From: Phaeosaccion multiseriatum
Lineage: Eukaryota; Protista; Ochrophyta, other classes
NCBI GenBank assembly: GCA_965112735.1
Contig: OZ218959.1
Coordinates: 1,922,001-1,986,000 of the forward strand
Direction of reading: 5' to 3'
DNA length: 64,000 bases
How positions within the stretch are numbered: the stretch's first letter is position 1; each line of letters begins with the position of its first letter. Both the position numbers and the translations under genes were made by a program. Of this stretch, positions 37,712 through 56,700 are shown one piece after another. The notes below the pieces were generated by a model. The model had not been told where the DNA came from and did not search any database. It saw nothing but the letters and a program-made list of their open reading frames with translations.

Positions 37712-39240
37712 ATACTACTACTAGAAAGACTGCTCCTCCTCCTCCTCCTCTCCTCCTCCTCGTCCTCCTCCTCACCTGTCTGAAGCCAAAGCACGCCTTG
37801 CCGACATTTTGTGCGGGGAAGATTGGGTCCATGATGGTAACAGGATCGGGTCCCACCCACCACTCTGCACAGGGAGGAGGAGGACGAGGAGGAGGAGGAG
37901 GAGGAGGAGGAGGAGGAGGAGGAGGAGGAGGAGGAGGAGGACGAGGAGGAGGAGTAATGAGGGGGCTAGCAAACATGTTTGCTGTTCGCTGTTCGCTTTA
38001 GGCTCACTGAACTGCTGCTGCGCTCTCTCCCTCCCCCTCCCTTCCTCCCTCCTCTCTGTTGCGAGCCACACAAGAGAACCTTCAAAATAAAAACTAACCT
38101 GGCGTGCCAACCCGGGGCAAATTCTGGTGAAAGTTGAGGGGAGTCAGAGGCGCCAAGGGGCCCAAATTAGGGTCAGCGCTAATCAAAATGCCGTGCCTGC
38201 GTGTGTCGAAGCTCGACCCAAACAGACGAAGCATGGTAAGAAGACACGTGCCGAGGTCGGGCCGCAGACGGGGAGGGTCGAGTGCGTGTCGTTGCAACAC
38301 GGAAGCGACCATGATGGTGACAGCATAGGAAGAGATGCCTCCTGTGTATGTGTCATGAAGAGCGTTCTGGATGAGCAACTGCTTCACCACCAGCAAGAGG
38401 GGGCGGAGGTGGGAGGTGTTTCCGGTGAGTAGTCGCTGCACAAAGGCCGATGATTGAAGACCGCGGTGGGATCCAGAGGGCCAATCGAAGCTAATGTCGG
38501 CCTTGACGTGGCAAGGCCCCCTACACTCCACTTTGACCACGGGTACACTCGCGCGACCCAAGACCTAGAAAGCAGGGGTCACGAGACGGCGAGAAGGACA
38601 CACACGCACACACGCACACACGCACACACGCACACACGCAAGGATGCATGCAAGATGCAACAAGAAAACGGGAGGGTGCAAAGGTGAAGAGGTGAAGGAC
38701 CAGGGCCAGAACAAAGGCGGAGAGGGACAGCGGGAGAAGGAGGGAGGGAGGGAGGCAGGGAGGGAGGGAGATACGCAACTTCACCTAACCTTACGTACCA
38801 GCAACTCACACTTACGTAAGTCACATACCTTAACTGTGGAAACCCACGCCTCGCTCCTCAGCTGCTCCCCCAGGGCCTCCAAAGCCGCAGGGAAGTTGTC
38901 TCTCTCCCACCACTGCAAGTTGAGGTTGGTTACGACCACATCCACATCCGACGATGGTACCGACAGGCGCGTCGCCAGAGAGCCGTAGAGTGCCACCTCC
39001 GCATTTGGCCACACCCTCTCCACCACACGCTGTATCCGCCCAACCGTCTCTCTCAGATCGGGCTCCCTCCTTGCAGCTGCGGCCGAGAGGGCGGCTGACA
39101 TGTCGCTGATCTCTTCAGTCAGCGCTTGGGTCAGCCCGGGTAGGCTGTGGTGTGGATACCCACCAGCTCCAGCAGTCGTCGTTTGATGAGGGGCTTGTTG
39201 GTGTGCTTGGGGTGCAGAAGAAGAAGAGTGTGGTGGTTGC

Positions 39241-39275
<35 letters not shown>

Positions 39276-39361
39276 ATGTTGGTGGTGGTGGTGCTGCTGT
39301 TGGTGATGCTGCTGCTGCTGCTGGTGATGCTGCTGCTGCTGCTGTTGCTGTTGCTGTTGCG

Positions 39362-39392
<31 letters not shown>

Positions 39393-40099
39393 TTGCTGTT
39401 GCTGATGCAGCTGCTCGTGGTGGTGCTGCAGTTCTGCGTGGTGCTGCTGCTGGTAGTAGTACCCTTGATTCTGCCTCTGCTGCTGATACTGGTACTGGTA
39501 CTGATGCTGCTGGCGCTGCTCTTCTTGGTCTTCCATCATTCTCATCGGCGGAGGTCCCCCAGGGAAGGAGGACCCGCCTTGCTGCCAGCCTGGCGGCGCT
39601 CCTCTGCTGTGCGTGCGAAAGCCGCTGCCCTCCTCCTCCTGCTGCTGCTGTATCACCAAATGCTGCTGATAGTGACCATCTTGCTGCTGCTGCAGTCCCT
39701 GCTGTGCCCCGAACTGCTGCTGCTGCTGCTGCTGCTGCTGGGGCTGGAGCTGGGCGTCGTTCTTCTCCCCAGCCTGCTGTTGCGGGGGGTCCTGCGCCCC
39801 CCCCTCTGACAAAACGTGTTGTGAAGCCTCCTCGCCACTGTCAGGGCGAAGCTCGTGTTTTCGCACTTCTGTATCACCAACTGCCGCCCCTGTGGTCTCC
39901 GCTCCAAGCGGAGGCCAGTGAGCAGCAGCAATGGCAGACGGAACTTCCCCTGACGCAGAGGCGTTGCCAGTCTCGTTGTGAAGCGGCTCCTCCTTGATAT
40001 CTTCTTTCTCCAGCTTCCCTCTTCCTTCCTCTGTCGCTGGCCTCTCCCCAGGAGCAGCTTTTCCCGCCGCTCCCCCTCCTCCTCCTCCTCCTCCTCCTG

Positions 40100-40136
<37 letters not shown>

Positions 40137-41875
40137 TTCTCCTTCTCTTCCTCCTCCTCTTCCTCCTCCCGCTCGCACCCTCTTCCTCACCACCCCCTTC
40201 ACCTCCTCCCAACCTTCCTCGTCGATAACCGCGTGTCTTTCATCTTCCTCACGCTGTGATCCTGCTCGTGCTCCTGCTTTATTACTATACGCATCCACCG
40301 TCCCTGCTCCCCCACCACCGCCCCCTCCCCTTCCCCCGTCTACGTGCGGAGGCTTCTCGTCGTTCGTCTCCTCTTCTTCTTCTCCTACTCCTGCTCCTAC
40401 TCCTCCATCATCATCACCAGTGCTCGCAGCAGCAGCAGCAGGCTGAGATGCAAAAGAACTGCCACTGCTCTGCTGATCCTGGTCCTGCTGCTGCTGCGCC
40501 TGCTTCTGGTGCCCCTTTTTCTTCTTCTTTTTCTTCTTCTTCTTGCTGTTTCCTCCTGCCCCCTCCCCATCTGCGCCAGAACCACCTCGACCCTTTGCTC
40601 CATCTCTCACTCCTCCTGCTGCTGCCATCTCCTCAATGTTTAAGTCGCGGAGCAAGTCTGCGGCATTCTTCTCCGCCCACGCCTCCGAAAAGAGCTCCAG
40701 CGTACGCGTGCCAAGCTTCAGCACCGCTGGCCCCGCCATGCATATCTCCGCAAGCTTTCCAAACACAAAATCCTCTAACAACCCATTCCCTACCGCCTCC
40801 GAGGTGGAGAGTAAGTGCCTGAACATCAGCTGGTCGTGGTGTGTCTGACCCCCATGAGACCCCTCCACCAGGGCCACTACCCTGTCCGCGTACACCTGCT
40901 TGCATGAATCGCTCAGGCCCTCCGCCTCGTCACCGAGCCGTCGGAGGAGTGCTAACCGCGCCACTTGGCAGAGGCCTGGCCACACGTGCGAGACCTGCCC
41001 CAAGACCTGACCCCTCGCCCCGGTTCCTATTGCTGTAACTCCTCTTGCTGCTGCTGCTGCTGCTGCTGCCGCTGCGGAGGAGGAGGAAGAGGAGCAAGAA
41101 GATGCACCTCTACCTCCCCCAGACGCTCCTCCTCCGCTCTCCTCGTCCTCGCGCCCTGCTCTCCCTCTCCTCCTCCTGCTGCTGCTTTCCCCATCCCTCC
41201 CCCCTGTCCCCCCACCCCTGCTCTCCGCGTCTTCACATTGTCTATTGCTACAACTGTCGTGGCAATTACTACACCTGTCCACCCCCCCCCCGCCCCTGCT
41301 ATCATTGCCATTGCCCCTGCTCCTACCTCCTTCTACTGCTCCTCCTCCTCCTCCTCCTCCTCCACCACCACCACCACCAACACCACCACCCTCCTCCAAC
41401 GGGGGCCGCTTCTCTCCGCAGCAGTCCCTCAGCCTAGACATGAATCCCCTCGCCACAAGACCCGCCAGCGACAGCACGCAGACCTGATGGTACGCGGATC
41501 GACCTCCTCTCTCCGCCACTACCTCTGCCTGCCCCACAAGCTTGCCGCGGATGATTTGTTCCACAAAGGTCTCTCCAGCCGTGTGGACAGGGAACAGCAG
41601 TGCTTCACTAAGCAGCACTGCCTCCACCGCCCTCCGCAGCAAGCGGGGCTGAGCAAGGCCGTTTCGCGACAGGAGGAGCACCTCGCCGTCTCCGACGAGG
41701 AAGTTCGAGACGAGCCACGAGGCCAGTTCTTGACCCGTCAGGGTCCCACCATCATCATGATGATGATGATCATCATCATCATCATCACCATCGCCTTCTC
41801 TCCGCAATCCCCCTGTGCCGCCGCCGCCGCCGCCACCACTGCTGCTGCGACTATCACTGGAGATAGCGGATGTAC

Positions 41876-41907
<32 letters not shown>

Positions 41908-43022
41908 GCACCAGAACCGCTCCTTGGTGGCTTGCGTTTGAGATTCAAAGGCCGCACTCGGTAGTCCATGATGCGCACTGACGGCTCCCCACTCCGCCGG
42001 GAGGTGCCGGTGTGGTTCCCGTTACTGCCGCTACTATTGTGCGTGCTGCCGCCCCTATCTCCTCCTCCTCCTCCTCCTCCTCCGCCGCCGCCGCCGCCGC
42101 CTGTTCCCCTCCCTGTCCCCTCGCCCGCGCCCTCCCCCTCTATTATAGTCCCTTCCTCTGCCCTTTTCACTTTCACAACCCCTTGGACATCCTTGTCCAG
42201 GCAGACAAAGACGGAACCTGCAGCAAGGAGGAAAGCAATGACGCGGACGGGTAAGGCGCTGTCGTCGACCTCGCAGCCAATGCACGCTATGCAAGATCAC
42301 TGCAGGATTGCTGCACCACGAGGCTCTCCTCCCTACCTCCTTCTCTCTCTCTCTCCCTCCCGCCTCTCCCCCCCACATCTCTCCATCTTTGCCCCCTCCC
42401 TCCCTCCCTCCCTCCCTCCCTCCCTCCCTCCCTCCCTCCCTCCCCTCCCTCTCTCCTTCCCTCCCTCCTCTCTGTCTTTATCCTCACCATCGTGTCGCTG
42501 CGAAGTGTCGTACAAGGTACCCATCATGTCTATCAACAGCACCACAAAGGCGTGACCCGGAGGGTATACTGTGCCCAGAGTCCTCTCCCGCTCCGGCCCC
42601 GCCTTCGCGCCCCACGCCTCCCACAAGCCATCGTCAGCCGTCCCCGCTGCTGCTTCCCCCTGTTCTCCGCGCCTTCCGCCGCTTTTACACCGCTGCGGAC
42701 TGGTTGTTGGCACACCAGCCGTGTAGAAAGGAGCCAGCATGTCCTCGTTCACGGCAGTGTTTATAGTGTCCAACAACGCGCCATTAGGGTTGGGGTTGGC
42801 TGCAGCTTCCGCCACCGCCGCTGCAGCTGCAGCTGTAGCCTTCATAGCTGGGACCCTCCCTGTCAGCAGCCCCTTCTCCCCATGCCACAAAAACGAGATG
42901 ATGAGAAGGAAGAGGCGGATCATCGCAGGCAGGCGAAGACGCGGGATGGCAGCCGACGTGGACAGCAAAACGTAGGTGCTTCGCTCCGTCCGAAAAAGAG
43001 AGCGAAGAACGTGGTCGATCAA
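36876..43022 (-). CDS. TRF4/PAPD5-like non-canonical poly(A) RNA polymerase (nucleotidyltransferase plus PAP-associated domain); 5' end uncertain
   Basis: LYGSLATRLSVPSSDVDVVV, VPVVKV...ADISF, LRPLLLVVKQLL...YTGGISSY, IMDPIFPAQNVGK; exons ~42287-38829, 38564-38099, 37864-37776, 37529-36876; possible first exon ~43022-42485. Confidence 0.8.
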
Positions 43023-43267
43023 TATGAGAGAGAGGGTGGATTAAATGCCAGGTTGGCGCCCTCCGCAGAAAAGGACGTAAAGCTCGTTCGCAAGAGAGAG
43101 CGAAGAATTTGAGCCACGCGTGGTCCTTCGGCGTACGGGGCGAGGTAGCAGGGAGTTGTGGGGGGTAGGGGGGAGGGTTGGTTAATGGGCACGCAAGAGC
43201 TCAGGTGAAGGAGGAGAGGTAGGGAGACGGACACCAACGCAGAGCTGTGAAAACAGACTGAGCAAGC

Positions 43268-48271
<5,004 letters not shown>

Positions 48272-49355
48272 GCGACCCGGAGGAGGAGGAGGAGGAGGAG
48301 GAGGAGGAGGAGGAGGAGGAGGAGGGGGGGGGGGGGGAGGGGGGGAGCCGCGTGGGAACAGGCTTTACCTGTTTTTCAACTAAGCACAAAGGTCTAATGA
48401 GTTCCGCAATGGAGGGGAAAGGAGGGCACAATTCTTGGGCCCGACTGGCGGGGGGCAAGTGACAGCGGAGGGACGGCCTGGTGTGGAGACTTGAGAAGCA
48501 AGAGCACACAGGGAAGAAGAAGAAAAAGAAGAACAACAAGAAGAAGGAGGAGGAGGAGGAGGAGGAGGAGGAGGAGGAGGAGGAGGAGGAGGAGGAGGAG
48601 GAGGAGGAGGAAAAAAAAATGGGCTAGTGTCATCTGGGCATCACCTCTGTGCGCGTGAGTGGCGCCTTCATTCGAGGAGGCTCTGCGCAGGTGTAGAGAA
48701 GGTAGATAAGCGGGTCGTGCTTCACTCTTTGAAGAGTGCAGTTCAGGCATAACAATTGATTTTATGATGACCTGAGTCAGGAAAGTAAGTTTCGAAGGAC
48801 CCAAAAAAGCAAAAAAGCCCCGCCCTCTCCTTCTCGGCCTTCTATCTCTCCGACCTCTCCACACCACGTTGAACCCCTTGAAGTGAAGTGAGTGCGTGAG
48901 GCAGTGAGTGAGTGGCGTCTTTCCATAAGCCGTGGACAGGGCACCCTTCTTTGGCCGTGTTGAGTAGTGTGCGTGGATGCGTGCGGGTCTGTCACTACTG
49001 CTGCCGGGAGGCTGACAACTCTAGAGCTTTCGTCGTCATCTTCCTTCCTTCCTTTCGTCTCTCCGCGGAAGATGAGGGTTTGGCGGTCCAGACTCCTCAT
49101 GGGATGCAGGCAAATAAAAATGATGGTAGTCCATGGACAGCCCTAACTCCTGAGAGAAGATATCCACACCATACCCCCCCCCTTGCCCCCCTCTCCCTCC
49201 CCGGGGTTAGAGGTTGGATTCGCGAAGCGCCACGCCACGAAGTCCACCCAACCACCCACCGTTCGCGAGAAGGAAGGTCTCCGATGGCGGAAGATCTCTC
49301 CGTGCGCACACAGGGGGGAGGATCGAGCGGGGTCATATGTCACCATGCTACTCAA

Positions 49356-49455
49356 GACGTCCCAAAGGTGTCCCAAAGGTGTCCCAAAGGTGTCCCAAAG
49401 ACGTCCCAAAGGTGTCCCAAAGGTGTCCCAAAGGTGTCCCAAAGGTGTCCCAAAG
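49356..49455. repeat. 11-bp tandem repeat (gtcccaaaggt)n
   Basis: About 8-9 copies read directly. Confidence 0.85.
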
Positions 49456-49564
49456 AAAGGTGTAGCACGGTGTGGACGGGCAGACAGACCCCACAAAGCA
49501 AACCAAAGCAAAGCACACTTCACACACACAGGGTTGTTCTTGTGTGGATGATAAGTCACATTCA

Positions 49565-50681
49565 TCACAGCAAGGCCTCGATCTTGCTCCTGGCCTCCTT
49601 CGACACTCCCTCCGCGAACACCTCTCCAATGTCGTTGGCGTCCGTGTCCATCTGGTCCTTCTTCGCTCCTCGTTTGATTAAGGCCTCAACCAGGTCAGCG
49701 TGTCCGTGGAATGCGGCGAGGAATAGAGGAGTGCGCTGAGTAGGAAGAGGAGAAGAAGGAGGAAGAGAGGGACAGGGCCAAAGGGGGTGTGTGAAAGGAA
49801 GAGGGACACACAAGTCCAGCGGGAGAATAGTAGGGCAATGGTGTGTGGGTGAGAGAGAGATAAGAGAAAGAGAGAGAGGGACGGGAGGGGGGGGGGGGGG
49901 CGACAGGAAAGTGAGCACAAGGACGAACCAACAAGAGGTATGAGGGCCTCGAGCTGTGCGTAAACTCGACTCTCCGACGCCTCTCCGCCAGCTTTCCCTC
50001 CAAGTCAAGACCGAACAGCTTGCGGGTAGCTCACATCGATCTTGATCCATCCTTCTACCTCGCCGATGCGATTCTGAACACTACCCCCCTCACCTCTTGT
50101 TTATCCTTGCACTCAATGTAGGCCCCTCTCCCCAGGAGCAGCTCCACAATGTTCCCATGACCGGCTTTGCACGCGTAGTGGAGAGGGGTTTGACCGTGAG
50201 GGTCACGTGCCTGGAAAGTATTGAGTGAGACAAGGATGGGCAAGTGTCAGAATGCAGAAGAGGGGCTACAATGGACTCGAAATCTCAGTCGTGTCTCCTC
50301 CCTTTTCTGCTCTCTTACGGCGACTCACATCAACCTCCGCTCCTTTGTCTAGGAGCATGTTGGCGATATCGATGTGTTGGTAGGCGGCGGCGCGGTGCAG
50401 AGGCACAGACTGCAGCCGGCAGCGCTGATTGACGTCGCCTTCTTCGTCCTCCAGAAACTTGCGCACCTGCTCGATATTTCCATCCTGAGCGATGAGAAAC
50501 GAAAGGAGGAAACCGAAGGGAGGGAGAGAGGCCAGCGCACTTCGGTTAGACACGGAGCGGAGAAGGGGTAGTGATTTGCTGCGTCTGTGCTGCTCCACAA
50601 ATCTTCTCCCACGTCCTCCCATCATCTGACCTTGACTACTGTGTGAATGTCCACTGCGTACGTCTTCGTGGCCGTAGCCAT
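49565..50681 (-). CDS. Small ankyrin-repeat protein (~164 aa); exons 50681-50631, 50484-50329, 50210-50094, 49735-49565
   Basis: DIHTVVK|DGNIEQVRKFL, VPLHRAA, GQTPLHYACKAGHGNIVELLL, RTPLFLAAFHGHADLVEALI; all phase-0 GT-AG introns. Confidence 0.88.
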
Positions 50682-50912
50682 CTTTACGAGAGAACGAGGA
50701 AAATGGAGGGGGGTCAAGCGGAAAGGGAGGGAAGGGAAAGGAACCGGAGCGAGAGAAGCGGGAGAGAAAGGGGCGTATTGAAACACATCACAAATGGCAA
50801 TTATCGTATACCCAAACCAAAAGATCGTTACATGGTCCGACGACGAATGCGACGTTCGGTTGCTCTTCTCTGTTTTCTCTGCTCTTTTCCTTTGCAAACG
50901 ACAATCAGCCAC

Positions 50913-52192
50913 ATGGCTCGTGTGGCTGCTGGAGGGAGCAGTCTCTCGCATCTGCAGGAGGGCTGGCTGCAGCTGAAGAACAAGCAGTCCTCCTCATTTG
51001 AAGCTGCTGGCGAGGACCCGTCAGGATTTGGAGGAGGGAGGATTGGGAACGGAGAAGGTCAGCGAGCAAAGCCGGCCTCTCGCATCATTCCGACGGAGTA
51101 CGTTTTGAAGCTCCCAGCGAAATCTGTTCCGCCATCTTCCACGGCATCGCAAGGTTCGGCAGCCGCCGGACCAGAGGTGCATGATGAGTCCATGCCAAGG
51201 GGCCACGCCCCTGAAGCTGCACGGGGGAAGATAAGAAAGAGGTCGGAGTACCCTCCCTCTGTGGGCCTTCCCACCGTGCGGCAACATCTATCGGGAACGC
51301 TCCCTTTCCCCCGTAGTACGATGGGGGAGTTTGAAGGGGGAGTGGAGGACTTTGGCATCCAAACGAGAAAGAAATGCTTTCCACCAGGAGCGGCATCAGA
51401 CCTAGAATGTATGGACAGTACGATAGAAGGAGAAGCGGGAGGCGAGGCAGGAGAAGGAGGGGGGCAGCAGGAGGATGGTGAGGACAGTCAGGAAGGAGGA
51501 GGACCCACTCTCGCGGGCTCCTGCAGCTTGCCGAATCTCCCCCGACCCGGCTACGACGCCTTGAGCGAGCTCATGCGTGTTCCCCAAAAGATAAAGGTAG
51601 GAGACGACGATCCATCTCCATACCTGTCTACCTCTTGACGGCCTGCCTTTGCCTTGTACCTTTTCACACTTCTCTCGCCACTCAAGGGCACACACTTTCC
51701 TTTTCCCTTCTTGTTCTCCTCCATTTCGAACTCCCATGACCTATTCTCTCCCTCCTCTCTTCTGCTCCACTAAACCAAAAAAAAAAAACCTCCTTCACCG
51801 CTTCTTCTTCCTTCTTGTCGTGGCCTCCCCCTTCAATGATGGTATGGTTGTTTGTACACCTGCTGGCCGTCTGCCCCATCCAGCCTGTCTTCAGCGAAGC
51901 GGCAGCCGCTATAGGTCGCACTTCACACAGACCCAACGCGAAGCAGCAGCGCACGCAGGAGATCGATCAGTGGAAGGAGCGCATGGTCAAGGCAGGGATC
52001 TTGTATCGCAAGAGAGCGGGGCAGAAAACGCCCCGCAGTGACGTTGCCGAGCTCTACACGTCCACCACTACCGCGGACTACAAGAGGAAGAAGCTGCTGC
52101 TGCAGCAGCAGCAGCAGCAGCAGCACGCGCAGCAGCAGCAACAAAGACAGCAGCAGCAACAACAACAGCAACAGCAACAGCAGCAGCAGCAG

Positions 52193-52226
<34 letters not shown>

Positions 52227-52259
52227 AACCACAACAGCAACAACAACAACAACAACAGC

Positions 52260-52302
<43 letters not shown>

Positions 52303-52304
52303 GC

Positions 52305-52368
<64 letters not shown>

Positions 52369-53645
52369 GCAGCAGCAGCAGCAGCAGCAGCGCCAGCAGC
52401 AGTCTGGCTCCTCATCTATTGCCCCGGATCTGCCAACAGCCTCTGTAGCCGCGTCCACTTCTTCGACATCCGAAGGAGTTGCTGCCAGAGGAGACTCCTT
52501 CAGCATCATTACCCACATAAGCAAGAAACCCCAGCTCGCTCAGACGATTCCGAAAATCACGAACAGCAATAATCCGGCGGTGATGAGGGTCGAGGTGAGT
52601 GAGTGAGTGAGTGAGTGAGTGAGTGAGTGAGTGTGAGTCTGTGAGGCGAAATACACTCCCGTCTTCTTTGTCCTCGCTTCCTTCTGTGGATATCCTTGTT
52701 CCTGTTGACCAAGCAACCGGGCGTCATTACCTCACACTCTCGCTCCCCGACGTGTATGCGTATCTCCCCTGCCACTCACTGCTGCCTCTGCCTGTATCAC
52801 CAACACGGCAGAATCGACTTCGGAGGCTCAGAAGCAGCACAATTTCGAGGGTGGAGCTGGAAAGCCACGTACACAGCATTCTCACCACGGGAAGGAGGAG
52901 CAGGCACAAGAACCCGAAGCGAAGAAGGACCTATGGACACACCGGAGAGGAGGACAGTCTGAGCGCGCTGACCAGCAGTAACAGTATTTCTACTTTGGAC
53001 AGCATGACTGTCTACCGCAGCGGTGGGGGGGGTGTTCCCGATTCATCCCCCCTCATGATTCCGTGGGGGTGGGGAGGGAAGGTTCCCCCGGTGGGTGGAA
53101 GTCTCGCCAGCATTAGCGGGACCAGTACGGGAGAAGGAGGCGGAGGAGGAGGAGGCGACTCCCTCCCCGCCGGAAGTAGTAACAGGAGCCGCATCGAGAG
53201 ATTGAGGTTCCAGGCTCGGGAGAGGATTCGCCAGCAACATGTGCAGGAGCGGAAAAAGCAGCTCGACGTGGAAAGACTTCGTGAGCTCGACTTGTTGGTG
53301 CGCAAGGACGAGATTCGAAAGACGAACCGGTTACAAGAGTTTGACAAGCGTGTCAGGGGCCGTCTCATGCTCCAGACATTCGCTCTGGTCACGAGGGTCC
53401 AGGCCATATGGCAGGAATTTCTTCGCCGCAAGACCGCCATTCGCAGCTTCAAACTGGCCAACTTTGCGGCTTCGCGTCTGCAGGTTTGCTACAGGTATGT
53501 ACTGTCAGTGGCGGTGGCCGGATGTCTGTACGTCGTGTGTGTGTGTGTATGTGTATGTATTTTGCTTGGACCCACGCCCACACACAACCCACACGCACGC
53601 ACACCCACACACCCATCCGCCCATCCACCCACCCGCCCATCCACC

Positions 53646-53729
<84 letters not shown>

Positions 53730-56700
53730 GCGCATCCCCCGACAGGAACTACCGTGCGAGGATGATCTGGAAGATAGTGCAGAAGCAGGGCCCTGCGGTG
53801 CAAAAGAGCTCCATCGGCCTCAAGCTGGCCGCCTCCCGCGCCAGGGCCAAGGTGTGAACATGCATCCCTCTTGACTCGCCATTGCACTAGTCGTAGCAGC
53901 TTGCGTATGCTTCTACCCTGAACCACCTAAACCTGAAACTTCAAGTGAAACTGAACTGGAATTGAACCTGAAACTGAACCTGAAACAGGTGAACGAGAGG
54001 AAGAAGCATCAGGGAGCGGATATCCTGATCAAGTGCCTAAAGGCAGGCCCGCGCATCCAAGTGCAGTACTGCGTGAGGCTATTCAAGATTAAAGTCATCA
54101 TGTGCCAGCGGTACTGGAGGTGAGTTGCAGTTGAAGTTTCCGCTTTCAATTTCCAGTTTAAGGACGTGCGCCTCCTCTCCTCCCTTCCTCCCCAGGTACT
54201 ACAAAGTGGTAACCAAGGCGAGGCTGCATGCTCTCGATCTGCTCTGGAAGAGGTGAGGTATTCACCTCCCGCAACCATGGCACCCCTTCTACAACGCTTG
54301 CTTACTCCTCCCTCCCTCCCTCCCTCCCTCCCTCCCTCCCTCCCTCCCTCCCTCCCTCCCTCCCTCCCTCCCTCCCTCCCTCCCTCCCTCCCTCCCTCCC
54401 TCCCTCCCTCCCTCCCTCCCTCCCTCCCTCCCTCCCTCCCTCCCTCCCTCCCTCCCTCCCTCCCTCCCTCCCTCCCTCCCTCCCTCCCTCTCCCTCTCCC
54501 TCTCCCTCCCCTCCCCTCCCCTCCCCTCCCCTCCCCTCCCCTCCCCTCCCCCCCCCCCTCCCCGCAACCATGGCACCCCTTCGACAACGCTTGCTTCCTC
54601 CTTCCTCCCTCCCCCCTTCCCTCCCTCCCTCCCTCCCTCCCTCCCTCCCTCCCTCCCTCCCTCCCTCCCTCCCTCCCTCCCTCCCTCCCTCCCTCCCTCC
54701 CTCCCTCCCTCCCTCCCTCCCTCCCTCCCTCCCTCCCTCCCTCCCTCCCTCCCTCCCTCCCTCCCTCCCTCCCTCCCTCCCTCCCTCCCCTCCCCTCCCT
54801 CCCTCCCTCCCCTCCCTCCCTCCCTCTCTCCCTCCCTCTCCGTCCCTCTCCCTCCCCTCCCCTCCCCTCCCCCCCTCCCTCCCCGCAACCATGGCACCCC
54901 TTCGACAACGCTTGCTTACTCCTCCCTCCCTCCCTCCCTCCCTCCCTCCCTCCCTCCCTCCCTCCCTCCCTCCCTCCCTCCCTCCCTCCCTCCCTCCCTC
55001 CCTCCCTCCCTCCCTCCCTCCCTCCCTCCCTCCCTCCCCTCCCTCCCTCTCTCCCTCCCTCTCCCTCTCCCTCCCCTCCCCTCCCCTCCCCTCCCCTCCC
55101 CCCCCCCCTCCCTCCCTCACCATCAGAACGGAAACGAAATTGGACGCAATGCGCCGCGAGAACTACCGTAAGCAGCTCACCTCAATGTCTGATATTGATC
55201 TCTCTGGGGTAACGAACTCACTGCTGGACATTCACAAGTTGCAGAGCAGCGCAGAGAGGAAGCTTCTGGAGGTGGACGACGATGGAGGAAGGAGGGCCAA
55301 TAGCATCAACAATGGGTTTGGGGGAGGAGGAGGAGGAGGAGGAGGAGGAGGAGGAGGAGGAGGAGGAGGAGGAGGAGGAGGAGGAGGAGGAGGAGGAGGA
55401 GGAGGAGGAGGAGGAGGAGGAGGAGGAGGAGGAGGATCAGGACGGGCAAGGGCAGGTAGGAGGGCGAAGAAGGGGCCGAAAAAAGGCACCGCACCACAGG
55501 GAGGAGGAGGAGGAGGAGGAGGAGGAGGAGAAGAAGAAGAAGAAGAAGAAGAAGGAGGAGGAGGAGGAGGAGGAGGAGGAGGAGGAGGAGGAGGAGGAGG
55601 AGGAGGAGGAGGAGGAGGAGGAGGAGGAGGAGGAGGAGGAGGAGGAGGAGGAGGAGGAGGAGGAGGAGGAGGAGGAGGAGGAGGAGGAGGAGGAGGAGGA
55701 GGAGGAGGAGGAGGAGGAGGAGGAGGAGGAGGAGGAGGAGGAGGAGGAGGAGGAGCAGGAGCAGGAGGAGGAGGAGGAGGGGGGGGGGGGGGAGAGGGTA
55801 TCACAGCGGGCGGGGGCGGGGGAGCGGCCCTGGACGCATCGACCACATCCAATGAGAGCCATAGCATCGTCGCCAACAAGGAGCACCAACATGCAAACCA
55901 GCAGCAGAAGGATGCCAAGGACCGCTCGGCGGTTCTCGGCAAAGGAATCGTCATGATAACTTGGCACGATCTTAACATGGTGTCTGAGCTCATGTCCAAG
56001 AGGGGCGTGAAGCACGGTGAGAGGCCATGGAGAGAGGGAGGGAGGCAGGGAGGGAGGGAGGAATTGGGGGAGGAAAGGGGTTGAAGGAGCAGCAAGAAGC
56101 GCTGGCAGTCTGTGCCACGTTGCTTTGCTATCCTTCCTCCCACTCATTCCTTCGCTCCTTCCTCCCCTCCCCTCCCCTCCCCTCCCCTCCCCTCCCCTCC
56201 CCTCCCCTCCCCTCCCCTCCCCTCCCCTCCCCTCCCCTCCCCTCCCCTCCCCTCCCCTCCCTCCCTCCCTAACCAGTGGATGTTCCCCACGGCATCAAGC
56301 GCGATGTGATGAGCAGGGTCCTTGTGCATTTGAGAAATGTCCACAAGAAAGCCTACTGGAAGTCCATGCTCCTACTTAGAGAGACACGCAGGTCAGAGAG
56401 AACGAGAGGGTGGAAATTTTGGGTTGGGTCTCTGAAGTTGGAGTTTTCGTTTGACCTTGAAACCCCAAAAAAACCCATGCCCCGACCCGTGATCCTTTTG
56501 ACACTGACAGGAAGGAAGCAACCATCACCACCACAGACATTAAAAACTTCTTTGCGAGTGCGGCCACGTCGACTTGCAGCGCCGAGAGAGAGGCGCCCCA
56601 TCATGCAGGGGGAGGACGAGGGGGAGCACGTACGGAGAGCTCCGGTGGCTCGAAGAAGGGAGGGAGAGGGGAGGATCAGGCCTTGAAGTCATTAGACCAC

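Noticed and set aside
34074-43022. Prokaryotic nucleotidyltransferase/PIN toxin-antitoxin pair acquired by HGT
   Set aside because: Both genes are large and intron-containing and match eukaryotic TRF4 and SWT1 family motifs.
54009-55212. (GGRE)n/(PPSL)n extensin-like ORFs
   Set aside because: Translations of intronic (CCCT)n bounded by GT at 54252 and AG at ~55126.
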